DNA of 64,000 nucleotides from an uncultured Bacillota bacterium. GTDB lineage: Bacteria > Bacillota > DTU025 > MWDF01. The number at the start of each line of letters is the position of its first letter. The stretch's first letter is position 1. The stretch covers positions 352,001 to 416,000 of the forward strand of contig CAWGMK010000010.1 of NCBI GenBank assembly GCA_963823655.1, written 5' to 3'. Shown here one piece after another: positions 1 to 9,903 of the stretch. Below the pieces are notes generated by a model. That model worked only from the letters and a program-made list of their open reading frames with translations. It did not search any database and was not told the DNA's origin. Position numbers and translations under genes: made by a program.

Positions 1-1
1 G

Positions 2-985
2 TCAATAATCGCCCTTAACGAACAGAGGGGCATGTTCAGGATAGATGCCGGCGCAATCGTGCTCGCCATGGGCTGCAGGGAACGAAACAGGGGAGCTGTT
101 ACCATACCGGGCTCAAGGCCGGCCGGCGTGTTCACGGCGGGCGCCGCCCAGAGATTGGTCAATATGGAAGGCTACATGCCCGGCAGAAGGATTGTAATCC
201 TCGGCTCCGGTGACATCGGCCTCATAATGGCAAGGCGCATGACATGGGAGGGAGCCAAAGTCGAGGCAGTCTTGGAGATACTCCCCTTCCCGAGCGGGCT
301 TACGAGGAATCTGGTGCAGTGCCTGAGCGATCAGGGAATACCCCTTTACCTGGGCAATACGGTGGTCAAGGTGCACGGCAGAAGAAGGGTCGAGGGGGTA
401 ACGGCCGCCAAAGTGGACGAGAAGCTCAGGCCAATTCCCGGGACCGAATGGCACATACCATGCGATACGCTGATGCTTTCCGTGGGGCTGATCCCCGAAA
501 ACGAGCTTAGCCGGGGCGCAGGCGTGGACATCGATCCGATAACAGGCGGGCCCGTAGTGACGGATGACATGGAGACGAGCGTCGAGGGCATATTCGCATG
601 CGGAAACGTAGTTCATGTGCATGACCTGGTCGATAATGTAACGATGGAAAGCCGTATAGCCGGCCTGGGCGCTGCCAAGGCGGCAACAGGCAGCATCGGC
701 AGAGGCGCCGCGGTTAAGACCAGGGGCGGGGAGAACATCAGGTATGTCGTCCCTCACTCACTCAGGCTGGACAATGCGAAAAGCCGCGAGACTACGTTAT
801 ATATGAGGGTAAACAAGCCCGTCGAGAAGGTAAAGGTTCAGGCCACGTCAGGCGGAAGACTGCTTTACTCTAAGACGGAAAGAATCTGCAAACCGGCTGA
901 GATGCTGGTGCTTAAGCTGCCGGCAGGCAAGCTTCAGGGGTTGGCAGACGGTGCCGAGGTCGAATTCGGCATAGTTGTAGAATAA
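2..985 (+). CDS. FAD/NAD(P)-dependent oxidoreductase, pyridine nucleotide-disulphide family (5'-truncated by window edge)
   Basis: Motifs LAMGCRE, ILGSGDIG and GIFACGNVVHVHDLVD. Frame is open back to the window start. Followed by a DUF1667 gene, as in glycerol-3-P-dehydrogenase-like clusters. Confidence 0.85.
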   Translation, partial: SIIALNEQRGMFRIDAGAIVLAMGCRERNRGAVTIPGSRPAGVFTAGAAQRLVNMEGYMPGRRIVILGSGDIGLIMARRMTWEGAKVEAVLEILPFPSGLTRNLVQCLSDQGIPLYLGNTVVKVHGRRRVEGVTAAKVDEKLRPIPGTEWHIPCDTLMLSVGLIPENELSRGAGVDIDPITGGPVVTDDMETSVEGIFACGNVVHVHDLVDNVTMESRIAGLGAAKAATGSIGRGAAVKTRGGENIRYVVPHSLRLDNAKSRETTLYMRVNKPVEKVKVQATSGGRLLYSKTERICKPAEMLVLKLPAGKLQGLADGAEVEFGIVVE

Positions 986-1005
986 CGGATTGCGGGGATG
1001 ATGGG

Positions 1006-1374
1006 ATGTCGGAAGAAGTAAGGGAGCTTACTTGCATAGTATGCCCGGTGGGCTGCAAGCTGAAGGCGACGATCGACGGCGCCGATATAAGCATTGAGGG
1101 AAATACATGCGCAAGAGGGAAGAAATACGGGCTTGACGAGCTATGCAGCCCCGTTAGGATGATCACGTCGACTGTTAAGGTGGACGGGGGCTTCCTGCCC
1201 AGGCTGCCGGTAAGATCGGCTTCGCCCATACCCAAGGCGAGAGTCCTGGATGCGCTGGCCGCGCTCACATCCGTCAGGATGCACGCCCCGGTGGAAATGG
1301 GTCAGCTGGTTTTAAGGGATGTAGCAGGCTCCGGCGTTGACATCATCGCGTCCAGGCCCATGGACAGGGTATAA
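1006..1374 (+). CDS. DUF1667 family small CxxC protein
   Basis: ELTCIVCPVGC...GNTCARG...LPVRS pattern; typical partner of the upstream oxidoreductase. Confidence 0.85.
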   Translation: MSEEVRELTCIVCPVGCKLKATIDGADISIEGNTCARGKKYGLDELCSPVRMITSTVKVDGGFLPRLPVRSASPIPKARVLDALAALTSVRMHAPVEMGQLVLRDVAGSGVDIIASRPMDRV

Positions 1375-1410
1375 TGCAATCCTAAGGATTTAAGCAATCG
1401 GAGGTGCCAA

Positions 1411-2322
1411 ATGAAGGATCTAGTCATTATCGGAAGCGGACCCGCCGGGATGGCGGCAGGCATATATGCCAGGCGCGGAGGGCTGGATACAGCGCTCATC
1501 GAGAAAGTATGGACCGGAGGGCAGGCCGTATATGCCCACAGCATAGAGAACTTCCCGGGCTCGTATCAGATGCCCGGTTACAAGCTTATGCAGTCCTTTG
1601 TGGAACACATGGCGCAGTTCGGGCTCGCCCCGGAGATAGTGAAGATAAACAAGGCGGAGCTAAAGGGCAAAGTAAAGCTCATACACACAGATAACGGAGT
1701 CATAGAGGCGAAGGCCGTTGTAATCGCATCAGGAGCCAGCAACAGGAAGCTGGGCATGCCAAATGAGGGCAGCCTCATCGGCAACGGAGTTTCTTACTGC
1801 GCCAATTGCGACGGCAACTTCTTCAAGGGCAAGCCGGTCGCAGTAGTGGGCGGCGGGGATACGGCCGCCGATGACGCGATGTACCTGTCTAACATCTGCT
1901 CGAAGGTATACCTGATTCACAGGCGCGATTCCCTAAGGGCGCAGCAGATAATACAGCAGAAGCTTTTTACGATGACGAATGTGGAGCTGGTCTGGGACAG
2001 CGTCGTCGAGGCGATAATCGGAAAGCCCAAGGTGGAAGCCCTGTCCGTGAAGAACGTGAAGACGGGTGAGTTGCGTAGAATCGACGTAAACGCAGTATTC
2101 ATAGCCATCGGGCAGGTGCCCAATACCGAACTTTTCAAAGACGAGGTAGAACTATCAGAGTCCGGGCATATCATTGTTGACCGCGATATGCGCACTAATG
2201 TGAGCGGGGTTTTCGCAGCCGGCGATGTTACTGTGAAGTCATTGAGGCAGGTCATAACCGCAGTTGCGGACGGGGCCGTCGCTTCATACAGCGCAATAAA
2301 GTACATAAGCACTGAATACTAG
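1411..2322 (+). CDS. trxB: Thioredoxin-disulfide reductase
   Basis: GSGPAG, GVSYCANCDG (CxxC), GGGDTA, HRRD, GVFAAGD; RBS GGAGG. Confidence 0.93.
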   Translation: MKDLVIIGSGPAGMAAGIYARRGGLDTALIEKVWTGGQAVYAHSIENFPGSYQMPGYKLMQSFVEHMAQFGLAPEIVKINKAELKGKVKLIHTDNGVIEAKAVVIASGASNRKLGMPNEGSLIGNGVSYCANCDGNFFKGKPVAVVGGGDTAADDAMYLSNICSKVYLIHRRDSLRAQQIIQQKLFTMTNVELVWDSVVEAIIGKPKVEALSVKNVKTGELRRIDVNAVFIAIGQVPNTELFKDEVELSESGHIIVDRDMRTNVSGVFAAGDVTVKSLRQVITAVADGAVASYSAIKYISTEY

Positions 2323-2339
2323 GCTGAAAGGCGTTACAT

Positions 2340-4331
2340 ATGAGCGAGTGCTGCAAGGACGAGGGCAAGAAGGCCTGCTCATGCGAGGCGGCGCCCATAA
2401 GGCGCATGCCGGGCACGGGCACGATCATGAAGGCGGGGAGGAGAAAGGGCTAAGGGCCCTGCTCGCAACCGGCCTTCTGCTTTTCGCCGCCGGCCTTGTG
2501 GCCGAGCATATCCTGAAAAGCGGCGCATCCTTCTGGCTTTACTTGCTTGCCTATCTGTCCGTCGGCTGGAATGTGGCAAAGCAGGTTATAGATGACGTAA
2601 GGGGAGGGCAGGTCTTCACGGAGAACCTGCTTATGAGCACGGCTTCCGTAGGCGCTTTCCTTATCGGCCAGCACGCAGAAGGTGCGGCCGTTATGATCTT
2701 CTATACGCTCGGCGAAGTGCTGCAGAGCCTCGCTGTGGGCAAATCCAGGAAGAGCATCGAAGCCGCGATGGACTTGAGGCCCGACAGGGCGAGGGTAATC
2801 AGGGACGGCCAGGAGGTCGAAACCTCACCTGAGGAAGTGGAAGTGGGCGAGACTGTAATAGTCAGGCCCGGCGACAAGCTTCCCCTAGACGGCACTGTCA
2901 TCGAAGGCTCATCCTTTATAGACATGTCGAAGCTTACAGGGGAATTCGTCCCCAAGCGGGTAAATATTGGCTCGCAAGTCCTGGCAGGCACCGTAAACGG
3001 CACAGGGCTTCTTACCGTGAGGGTGGATAAGACCTACGGCATGTCAACGGCGGCGAGGATAATGAGAAGCGTGGAGGAGGCCGAGGACAAAAAGGCCGTT
3101 CCCGACAGGTTTATCAGGCGCTTTGCCAGGTATTATACGCCGGCAGTCTTCGCAATAGCCGTGTTGATCGCGCTAATCCCGCCGATGCTCGGTTACGGCA
3201 GCATAGCCTACTGGGCCGAAAGGTCTCTTGTGCTGCTCGTCATGGCCTGTCCGTGCGCCCTTGGTCATATCTGTGCCTCTAGCCTATTTCGCCGGCGTCG
3301 GCAGGATCTCAAGATACGGCGTTCTGGTGAAAGGCGCAGCATACGTGGACGTGCTCGCAAGCTTGGATGCTATGGTCTTCGACAAGACGGGCACGCTTAC
3401 CGAGGGTAGCTTCCGAGTAAGGGAAGTCGTCCCCATGAAAGATGTATCAAGCATGGACCTTGTGCGCGCCGCAGCGTCTGTTGAAGGCGGTTCGGTTCAC
3501 CCGATAGCCTCATCAATAATGGAATATGCGAAGGATTTGGGGATAGAAAACGGGCTCAACCCTGCCTCCGGCTATAGTGAGATCCCGGGAACCGGAGTTA
3601 TCGCCTCGGTCGAGGGAAGGGAAGTGGCAGTCGGCAATAAGGAGCTGATGCTGCGCGTTGGGGCGTCATATGAGGATCCTAAGTGTTCGGATCCGGTATG
3701 CGAGCATACGGTAGCAAGCGTCGCAGTCGACGGCAACATGATAGGAAGCCTGCATCTTGGCGACATGCCCAAGGAGATGGCCTCCGATACGATAACCGAG
3801 CTTAGAAGCATCGGGATTAAAAGGATCGCCATGCTGTCAGGGGACAAGATGGAAGCGGCGAGGGCGATGGCCGATGTGATAGGCGTGGATGAAGTGTATG
3901 CCGAGCTGCTTCCGAATGAAAAGCTCGACCAGCTCGAGATCATAATGGCGACATCGAAAAAGACCGCTTTCGTGGGAGACGGCGTAAATGATGCGCCGGC
4001 GCTTGCCAGGGCAGATCTGGGCATAGCGATGGGCGTGCTCGGCTCCGATGCCGCAATCGAGACCGCTAACATCGTTGTTATGGACGACAACCTCACAAAG
4101 CTTCCCAAGGCTATAAGGGCTGCTCGTTATACCAGGGCTGTTGCCATGCAGAACATCGTGGGGGCCCTTGCAGTAAAAGCAGTATTCCTGACACTAGGCG
4201 GCAGCGGGCATGCAGGCATGGTGGAGGCCCTCGTGGCAGACGTAGGCCTTACTTTGCTTACCGTCTTGAACTCATTCAGGCTGTTTGCGGGCATGAAGGA
4301 AGAGACAATGAGGACGAGGTCAAAAGGTTAA
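2340..4331 (+). CDS. Heavy-metal P1B-type ATPase (Zn/Cd-type); two frameshifts near 2385 and 3260
   Basis: Cys/His-rich N-terminus (MSECCKDEGKKACSC..HGHDH), LTGE, ACPCAL, FDKTGTLT, HP and GDGVNDAP motifs, spread across three frames. Confidence 0.88.
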
Positions 4332-4389
4332 CGATTGCCTGATGGAGCAAGTTAATTTCCTGACAAGGCAGCTTTTCCTCATAAAAGGC

Positions 4390-4418
4390 TTGACAGATGC
4401 CACGATGGAGAATAATAT
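4390..4418 (+). promoter_or_regulatory. Sigma70/SigA-type promoter for the leader and lyase gene
   Basis: TTGACA (4390-4395), 17-bp spacer, TAATAT (4413-4418). Confidence 0.75.
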
Positions 4419-4456
4419 TACGACATAACGCATAAATCTACCATGGGGGCGCAGGC

Positions 4457-4540
4457 ATGCAAGCTTCGATATCGATAAGAGAAATGAATCGATATTATAC
4501 CTATATGACGGCTTGCCTTTGCGCTTACCGTAGAGTATAG
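4457..4540 (+). CDS. Putative Tyr-rich leader peptide, 27 aa (MQASISIREMNRYYTYMTACLCAYRRV)
   Basis: Translated by hand. GGGGG SD 7 nt upstream; YYTY cluster sits just before a long hairpin; lies upstream of a TPL-like gene. Confidence 0.55.
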   Translation: MQASISIREMNRYYTYMTACLCAYRRV

Positions 4541-4626
4541 GCAGCGCTTCTGGTACATCTACCTTAAGCGGGCGCAAGGGCAGGCCGTAAAACGAGGACT
4601 CGGTTAGTACCGGGTTCTTTTATTTT
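4508..4626 (+). promoter_or_regulatory. Attenuator-like leader: 19-bp stem (4508-4526/4570-4588) plus intrinsic terminator (4595-4626)
   Basis: ACGGCTTGCCTTTGCGCTT pairs with GGGCGCAAGGGCAGGCCGT using G-U wobbles; followed by AGGACTCGGT-TAGT-ACCGGGTTCT and a T-rich tail. Confidence 0.7.
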
Positions 4627-4683
4627 ACTGCCTCGTATTTATTTTGCCCCGCCCTGTGGATATTTAAGGGAGGATGTACATAA

Positions 4684-6124
4684 ATGGAGTTCAAGTTAAG
4701 AGACGGCAGAACGATACCGGTAGAGATGCACAAGACTAAAGTAGTCCAGACGATAAACCTTCTTTCCCCGGACAAGCGCCTTGCCTCGATCAGGGAGGGC
4801 GGATTTCAACACCTTCCTTCTTAGAAGCGGCGATGTCTTCCTCGATATGCTCACCGACAGCGGCACAAATGCCGTCAGCGACTGCCAGCAGGGCGCAACA
4901 ATGTGCTCAGACGACGCCTACGCGGGCTCCGAGAGCTTCTACAGGCTTATGGATGCCGTCAAGCAGGTATGGGGCAAGGATTTCGTCCTGCCTGTCCATC
5001 AGGGAAGGGCGGCCGAGCACATACTAGCAAGGTTCTTCGTCAAACCCGGATCGTTCCTGCCCATGAACTACCATTTCACGACCACCAAAGCCCACTTCAT
5101 GATGCAAGGGGGCACGGTGCTTGAGCTTTTCAAGAAGGGTGCACTCGACATCGACAGCGATGAGCCATTTAAAGGCGATATCGACATAGAAGAAGTCGAG
5201 AAGGTTATCAAGGAAAAAGGCGCAGCGAATGTGCCGTTCGTCAGGATGGAGGCCACAACGAACCTAATTGGGGGCCAGCCGTTCTCCCTTGCCAACCTCA
5301 AAGCGCTCAGGAAGATGCTCGACAAATACGGTATACCGATAATGCTGGACGCAAGCCTAGTGTCTGAGAATGCCTTCATGATCTGGAAGAGGGACAAGAG
5401 TGCAGCAGGCATGAGCGTTGGCGAGATCTTGAAGACGATGATGGACCTTAGCGACATAGTCTACCTTTCCGCAAGGAAGAGCTGCGCCGGGCGCGGCGGC
5501 ATGATAATCACCAACAGGAAGGACTTCTATGACGGAATAGCACCCATGATACCGGTATACGAAGGCTTCCTTACATACGGCGGCATGTCTTCCAGGGAGA
5601 TAGAGGGCATCGCAGTTGGCATACGCGAAATGGTGGAGCCGGAAGTAGCAGGGTCTTCAGTAGAGATGATCCGTTTCGGGGTCGAGAAACTAAGGAAGAA
5701 CCGCATACCGGTTATCACTCCGGGCGGCGGCCTGGGCATACACCTTGACGCGAGAGCATTCCTGCCTCATATCAGCTGGAACCAGTACCCGGCCGGCTGC
5801 CTGGCAGCGGCCATGTACATCGCGTCCGGAGTAAGGGGAATGGAGCGCGGCAGCATATCGATGGACAGGACCCCGGAGGGCGATGAAGTCCCGGCCGACG
5901 TGGAGTTGCTAAGGCTTGCCGTTCCCAGAAGGGTTTTCAGCTCATCGCATATCGAATACATGACAGACATGGCAATTTGGCTGTTCGAGCACAGGCATCT
6001 TGTAGGAGGCCTGAAGTTCGTACAGGAGCCGCCGGTGCTGCGCTTCTTCATGGGAAGGCTCGCGCCTGTGGACGATTGGGACAGCAGGCTGCTTGAAGCT
6101 GTGAAGGCCGATTTCGGCGCCTAA
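4684..6124 (+). CDS. tpl: PLP-dependent beta-eliminating lyase of the tryptophanase/tyrosine phenol-lyase family, TPL-like; frameshift near 4800
   Basis: DMLTDSGT, DAYAGS, HQGRAAE, HFTTT, SARK (PLP Lys), MERG and LRFF motifs. The N-terminus MEFKLRDGRTIPVEMHK lies in another frame, behind RBS GGGAGG. Confidence 0.8.
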
Positions 6125-6156
6125 GCCATAAGTAATCGACAGGAGTGAAGTGAAAG

Positions 6157-6198
6157 AAAAAGGCTGCCCGTAAAGCAAATCCTTGCGGGCAGCCTTTG
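6157..6198. terminator. Bidirectional intrinsic terminator
   Basis: AAAAGGCTGCCCG...CGGGCAGCCTTT hairpin between convergent genes. Confidence 0.75.
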
Positions 6199-6216
6199 AT
6201 TCTAAGTTGCGGTAGC

Positions 6217-7273
6217 CTACAATATTTCGCAGGTTTCGCAGGTCCTTTTTATTACATCTACACCTATCAGGCTGATGTCTGGAGCCATGAAGCCTTCCTT
6301 CACCGGCTCCGGCCTCATAAGATCGGTGCTCAAATACTTCTTGTTGTCATCCGAGAAGATGGTGACCACTTTCGCGTCCTTGCCGAGCTTCTCTTGCGCT
6401 ACCAGGGCCCCGAGGAAGTTCGCGCCGGAGGAAATGCCAACCGCAAGGCCGAGCTCGCGGGCCAGCTTCTGCGCCATTATGATCGAATCGCCGTCGTCGA
6501 CAGCGATGACTTCGTCAATCTCCCCCACTTCCAGTATCGGCGGGATGAACTCGTCCGATATGCCCTGTATGCGGTGCTTGCCGACTTTATAGCCGGTGGA
6601 TATTGTGGGCGAGTTGGACGGTTCGAGCGGATACAGCTTCACTTTCGGGTTCTGGCTGCGCAGGAACCTGCCGGTGCCCATTATCGTGCCGCCTGTTCCG
6701 ACTCCGGCCACGAAGGCATCCGGGAACCAAGCCCCTTGATTGCATCTGGAACCATATCTCAGGCCCCGTATGCAGAAAGTGGGCTTCGCAGTTGTCAGTG
6801 TTGGAGAACTGGTGAGGAAGGAAGGCGTCGCCCACCTTTTCGGCGAGCTTGTCCGCGCCTGCTATGCTTCCAAGGAAGCCGCCCTGCTCTTTGCTGATGA
6901 GAACGATATCGGCTCCGAGGCTGCCTATAAGGTTCTTCCTTTCGGAGCTCATCCAGTCCGGCATGAATATCGTTACGGGATGCCCGAGGGCGCGACCGAT
7001 CGCCGAGAAGGATATGCCGGTGTTGCCGCTCGTCGCCTCGATTATCATGTATCCAGGTTTCAAAGCCCCCGTCTTGTAGGCCTTGCTTATTACGTGGATG
7101 GCCATGCGGTCTTTGATGCTGCCGGTCATGTTGAGGTTTTCGGATTTGGCATAGATGGTCCTTTTGCTGCCTTTGTAGAGAAAATCGATTGCAAGAAGGG
7201 GAGTATTTCCTATGTAAGCTGAGAGATTTTCCATGACAGTGCTAGTAACGACTCCGTGTCCCATCTTAGTCAC
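6217..7273 (-). CDS. cysK: Cysteine synthase family PLP enzyme; frameshift near 6720
   Basis: [32 protein letters not shown] and GISSGA motifs across two frames. Confidence 0.85.
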
Positions 7274-7333
7274 CCCTTACAAATAGAGAATACGCTATGT
7301 ATAAAGGATACCATTACCGGCGATAAATTTCCT

Positions 7334-8558
7334 TCACAAGCCTTTGGCTACGCTTATGCCGGCAGTAAGGGGGTTAACCATATTCGATATTATCCCCGTG
7401 GAATATATGACGGAGGCCCTCCTTATTGATGCAGAGCCGAACCTTGCAGCCATATTGTCCATGACGCCGCGGATCCTGCCGCCCAGGTCTGACTCCACAT
7501 CGAGAGGAAGCCTCATCTGGATCTCCCTGGTAAGGCCGGATACTCCTGCTCCCACCAGGCGGACCCTCCTTCCGGGCGAGTAGACACGGGCATATAGGTG
7601 CATCAGGGAATCCATGATATGGTCGGTGAGCGTCATGTCGTAGCCGATCGTAAAGGAGCCCCCGACGTCCTTGAAATCGTCGTATCTCAGGTGCAGGTGG
7701 GCTACCCTTGCCGCCATCTTCTCTCCGGCGAGCCTGCCTGCGAGGCCGTCCGCTATCATCAAGGATATGGGCCTTTATTACATCCTCATCCGTAGTATCC
7801 TGCATGAGGGTAAAATCATTGCTCATGGACCTCATCTTAATGGGCACGCCCCAGCCATAGGAGGGCTCCCTGCCCTCTATCGAATCGTAGAGCCAGTCGG
7901 CCCTGACGCCCATCAAAGGCCGCAGCAGCTCCCTTGGAAAGGCCCTAAGCTCGCCTAATGTATGCACACCGCGCTTTGCAAGCAGTGCGGAAGTCCTGTA
8001 ACCTATGCCGGGCAGGTCGTCCACCGGCAGGCGGTCTATCTCCTGGCTTATCCTGTCAGGGTTTATCACTTTGAGCCCGTCCGGCTTGCCCATATCGGAT
8101 GCAAGCTTTGCCAACACCCTGGTATCCGCAACGCCCGCCGTAACCGTTATGCCGAGGCTCTTCTTCGTCCATGCCCTGAAATCGCCGGCGATGTATACCG
8201 CGCGGTCGTACCCCTCGGGGCAGCTAATGTGGAATTCATCTATGGAGCAGGGATGCACGTACTGGCCGTAGGTAACAAGCTTCTCATGCAGCTTCCTGCT
8301 GAAATCCAGGTAGATGTGGGGCTTGCCGCGGATGAAGTAGCCGTTTGGCATGAGCCTCTTGGCTTCGAAATAGGGCATGCCGGCGGTTATGCCGTACTTC
8401 TTGGCCTCTCTGGACCTTGCTGTTACGACGCCTTTCTGCGTGGATTCCAAGGATCCCACGACGGCCACGGGCTTGCCCTTCAATGAGGGGTTTATCGCCT
8501 GTTCGCAGCTGGCGAAGAAGGAATCGCAATCTATGAACATCTCAGGCATTGTGATCAC
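7334..8558 (-). CDS. dinB: Y-family translesion DNA polymerase (DinB/UmuC-like); frameshift near 7765
   Basis: IDCDSFFASCE, SIDE, LAKLASDMGKPDG, LPGIG, RLVG motifs; QMRLPL clamp-binding-like motif and MDNMAARFG tail. Confidence 0.88.
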
Positions 8559-8564
8559 CCCTTC

Positions 8565-8831
8565 CTAGCTGTATGTGCTTCCGTCGGGCATATGCACTCT
8601 GAGAAGGCGCCAGGTCAGGGTCTCGCTGGAAAGCTCCAGCTCATATACGTCAGGACCGTCGGAAAGGACCGCGAAATGGTGCTCTATCACGGCGCCGGCC
8701 CTTTTGGCCCAGCGGGCGGTTATCGTGCTCACTTTGTAAGTCCTACCGCCCCAGAGGAAGGCCAAAGGAGATATGGCTCCCTTGGAAAACCGGGCTGTAA
8801 CAGCTATTGCGCATGGAAGTCCTCCGCTCAT
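8565..8831 (-). CDS. Small hypothetical protein (resembles DUF6504), co-transcribed with the Y-family polymerase
   Basis: RBS GGAG; F-x-W-x-GR-x-Y-x-V...RW...YEL...W-x-L pattern; ends 6 bp before dinB. Confidence 0.7.
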   Translation of the reverse strand: MSGGLPCAIAVTARFSKGAISPLAFLWGGRTYKVSTITARWAKRAGAVIEHHFAVLSDGPDVYELELSSETLTWRLLRVHMPDGSTYS

Positions 8832-8844
8832 GGCCAACTCCTAC

Positions 8845-8858
8845 CGAACATATGTTCG
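8845..8858. promoter_or_regulatory. LexA/SOS (Cheo) box
   Basis: Perfect palindrome CGAACATATGTTCG (GAAC-N4-GTTC), 13 bp upstream of the small gene-dinB operon. Confidence 0.9.
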
Positions 8859-8996
8859 ATTCGAATCTACCATATCGGGGCCTCCGGGGCAACAGCTTCG
8901 CACGAAAAAAGAGGGCGGCCTGCGCCGCCCCCACAAATGAAATGCCGTATCAATGAACTGTGAACTAAGAAGAGAGTATTCCCTGTCGGGCGCAGA

Positions 8997-9617
8997 TCAG
9001 AACTTCAGCCCCGCCCCGAGGCTTACGAAGCCGTCCCGCCTCAGATAGTCCATGCTTGCGAAGATGATAAGGGGACCGACCGGATTATACCTCACCATCA
9101 GCCCGCCGTTTACGAATACATCCCTAAATGTGTAGGAAACGTTGCCGTCTATCTCCAGCTTTCCGGACAGCAACGAAAGGAAGGCCTGGGCCCCTATATT
9201 GAAATCGACCTTGCCGGAGGTGTTCCCGAAGGAAACGTTACCGTAGCTCATTCCAGCTGTGGGCCCGAAGCCGAAGTAGGTGCCCTCCTTGTCGTATTTC
9301 AACAGGTCGTAGTCCACGCCGGCCCTTGCAGTAAGGGAGATGACCGGCGGCGGTACGGGCTCCATCTCCTCGGGCAGCGCTTCAACGCCTCCGTATCCGA
9401 TGTACGATGCCATATTGACCCTTACGCCCGGCATCGCCCCAAGGCTTAGGAAAATCGAGCCCTTCAAGTTCTCCTGCCAGTTGGGGGCAACCCAGAGAGG
9501 GTCAGATGAGAAGGACCTGTAAGAGGCGCCGAGGCCGATATAACTCGATGCGGATGCCGATAACGCGGCCCCCAGGACCATTATGACGATTGCAGGAAGC
9601 AACAAATGGCGTTTCAT
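8997..9617 (-). CDS. Secreted protein, probable outer-membrane beta-barrel
   Basis: Sec signal peptide MKRHLLLPAIV..ASA, alternating amphipathic strands, C-terminal VSLGAGLKF. Confidence 0.6.
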   Translation of the reverse strand: MKRHLLLPAIVIMVLGAALSASASSYIGLGASYRSFSSDPLWVAPNWQENLKGSIFLSLGAMPGVRVNMASYIGYGGVEALPEEMEPVPPPVISLTARAGVDYDLLKYDKEGTYFGFGPTAGMSYGNVSFGNTSGKVDFNIGAQAFLSLLSGKLEIDGNVSYTFRDVFVNGGLMVRYNPVGPLIIFASMDYLRRDGFVSLGAGLKF

Positions 9618-9903
9618 TTCTATTCCCCCTAAAAACACTCTGCTTATGGATAATACTACGGTAAGTCCCGGATACCTCTATTGCCCGATATGTCGGGCTT
9701 ATTATTTGGCATCGTGTGAGTAGGAGCAGCCCTTTTGCCGAGCTCTTACCGCTGCATGTCCGGTTTGCGCTTCTCAGCGCCTGAATATAGTACAAGTATT
9801 GTGCCCGCTTTTCGGTCTAATACTAGCAAAGTAGCCATTTACTAGGTATATTTATATTGCGTACGGCAGAATCTGAGCTAAGCCTGAAGGGGGGCAGACA
9901 GGT

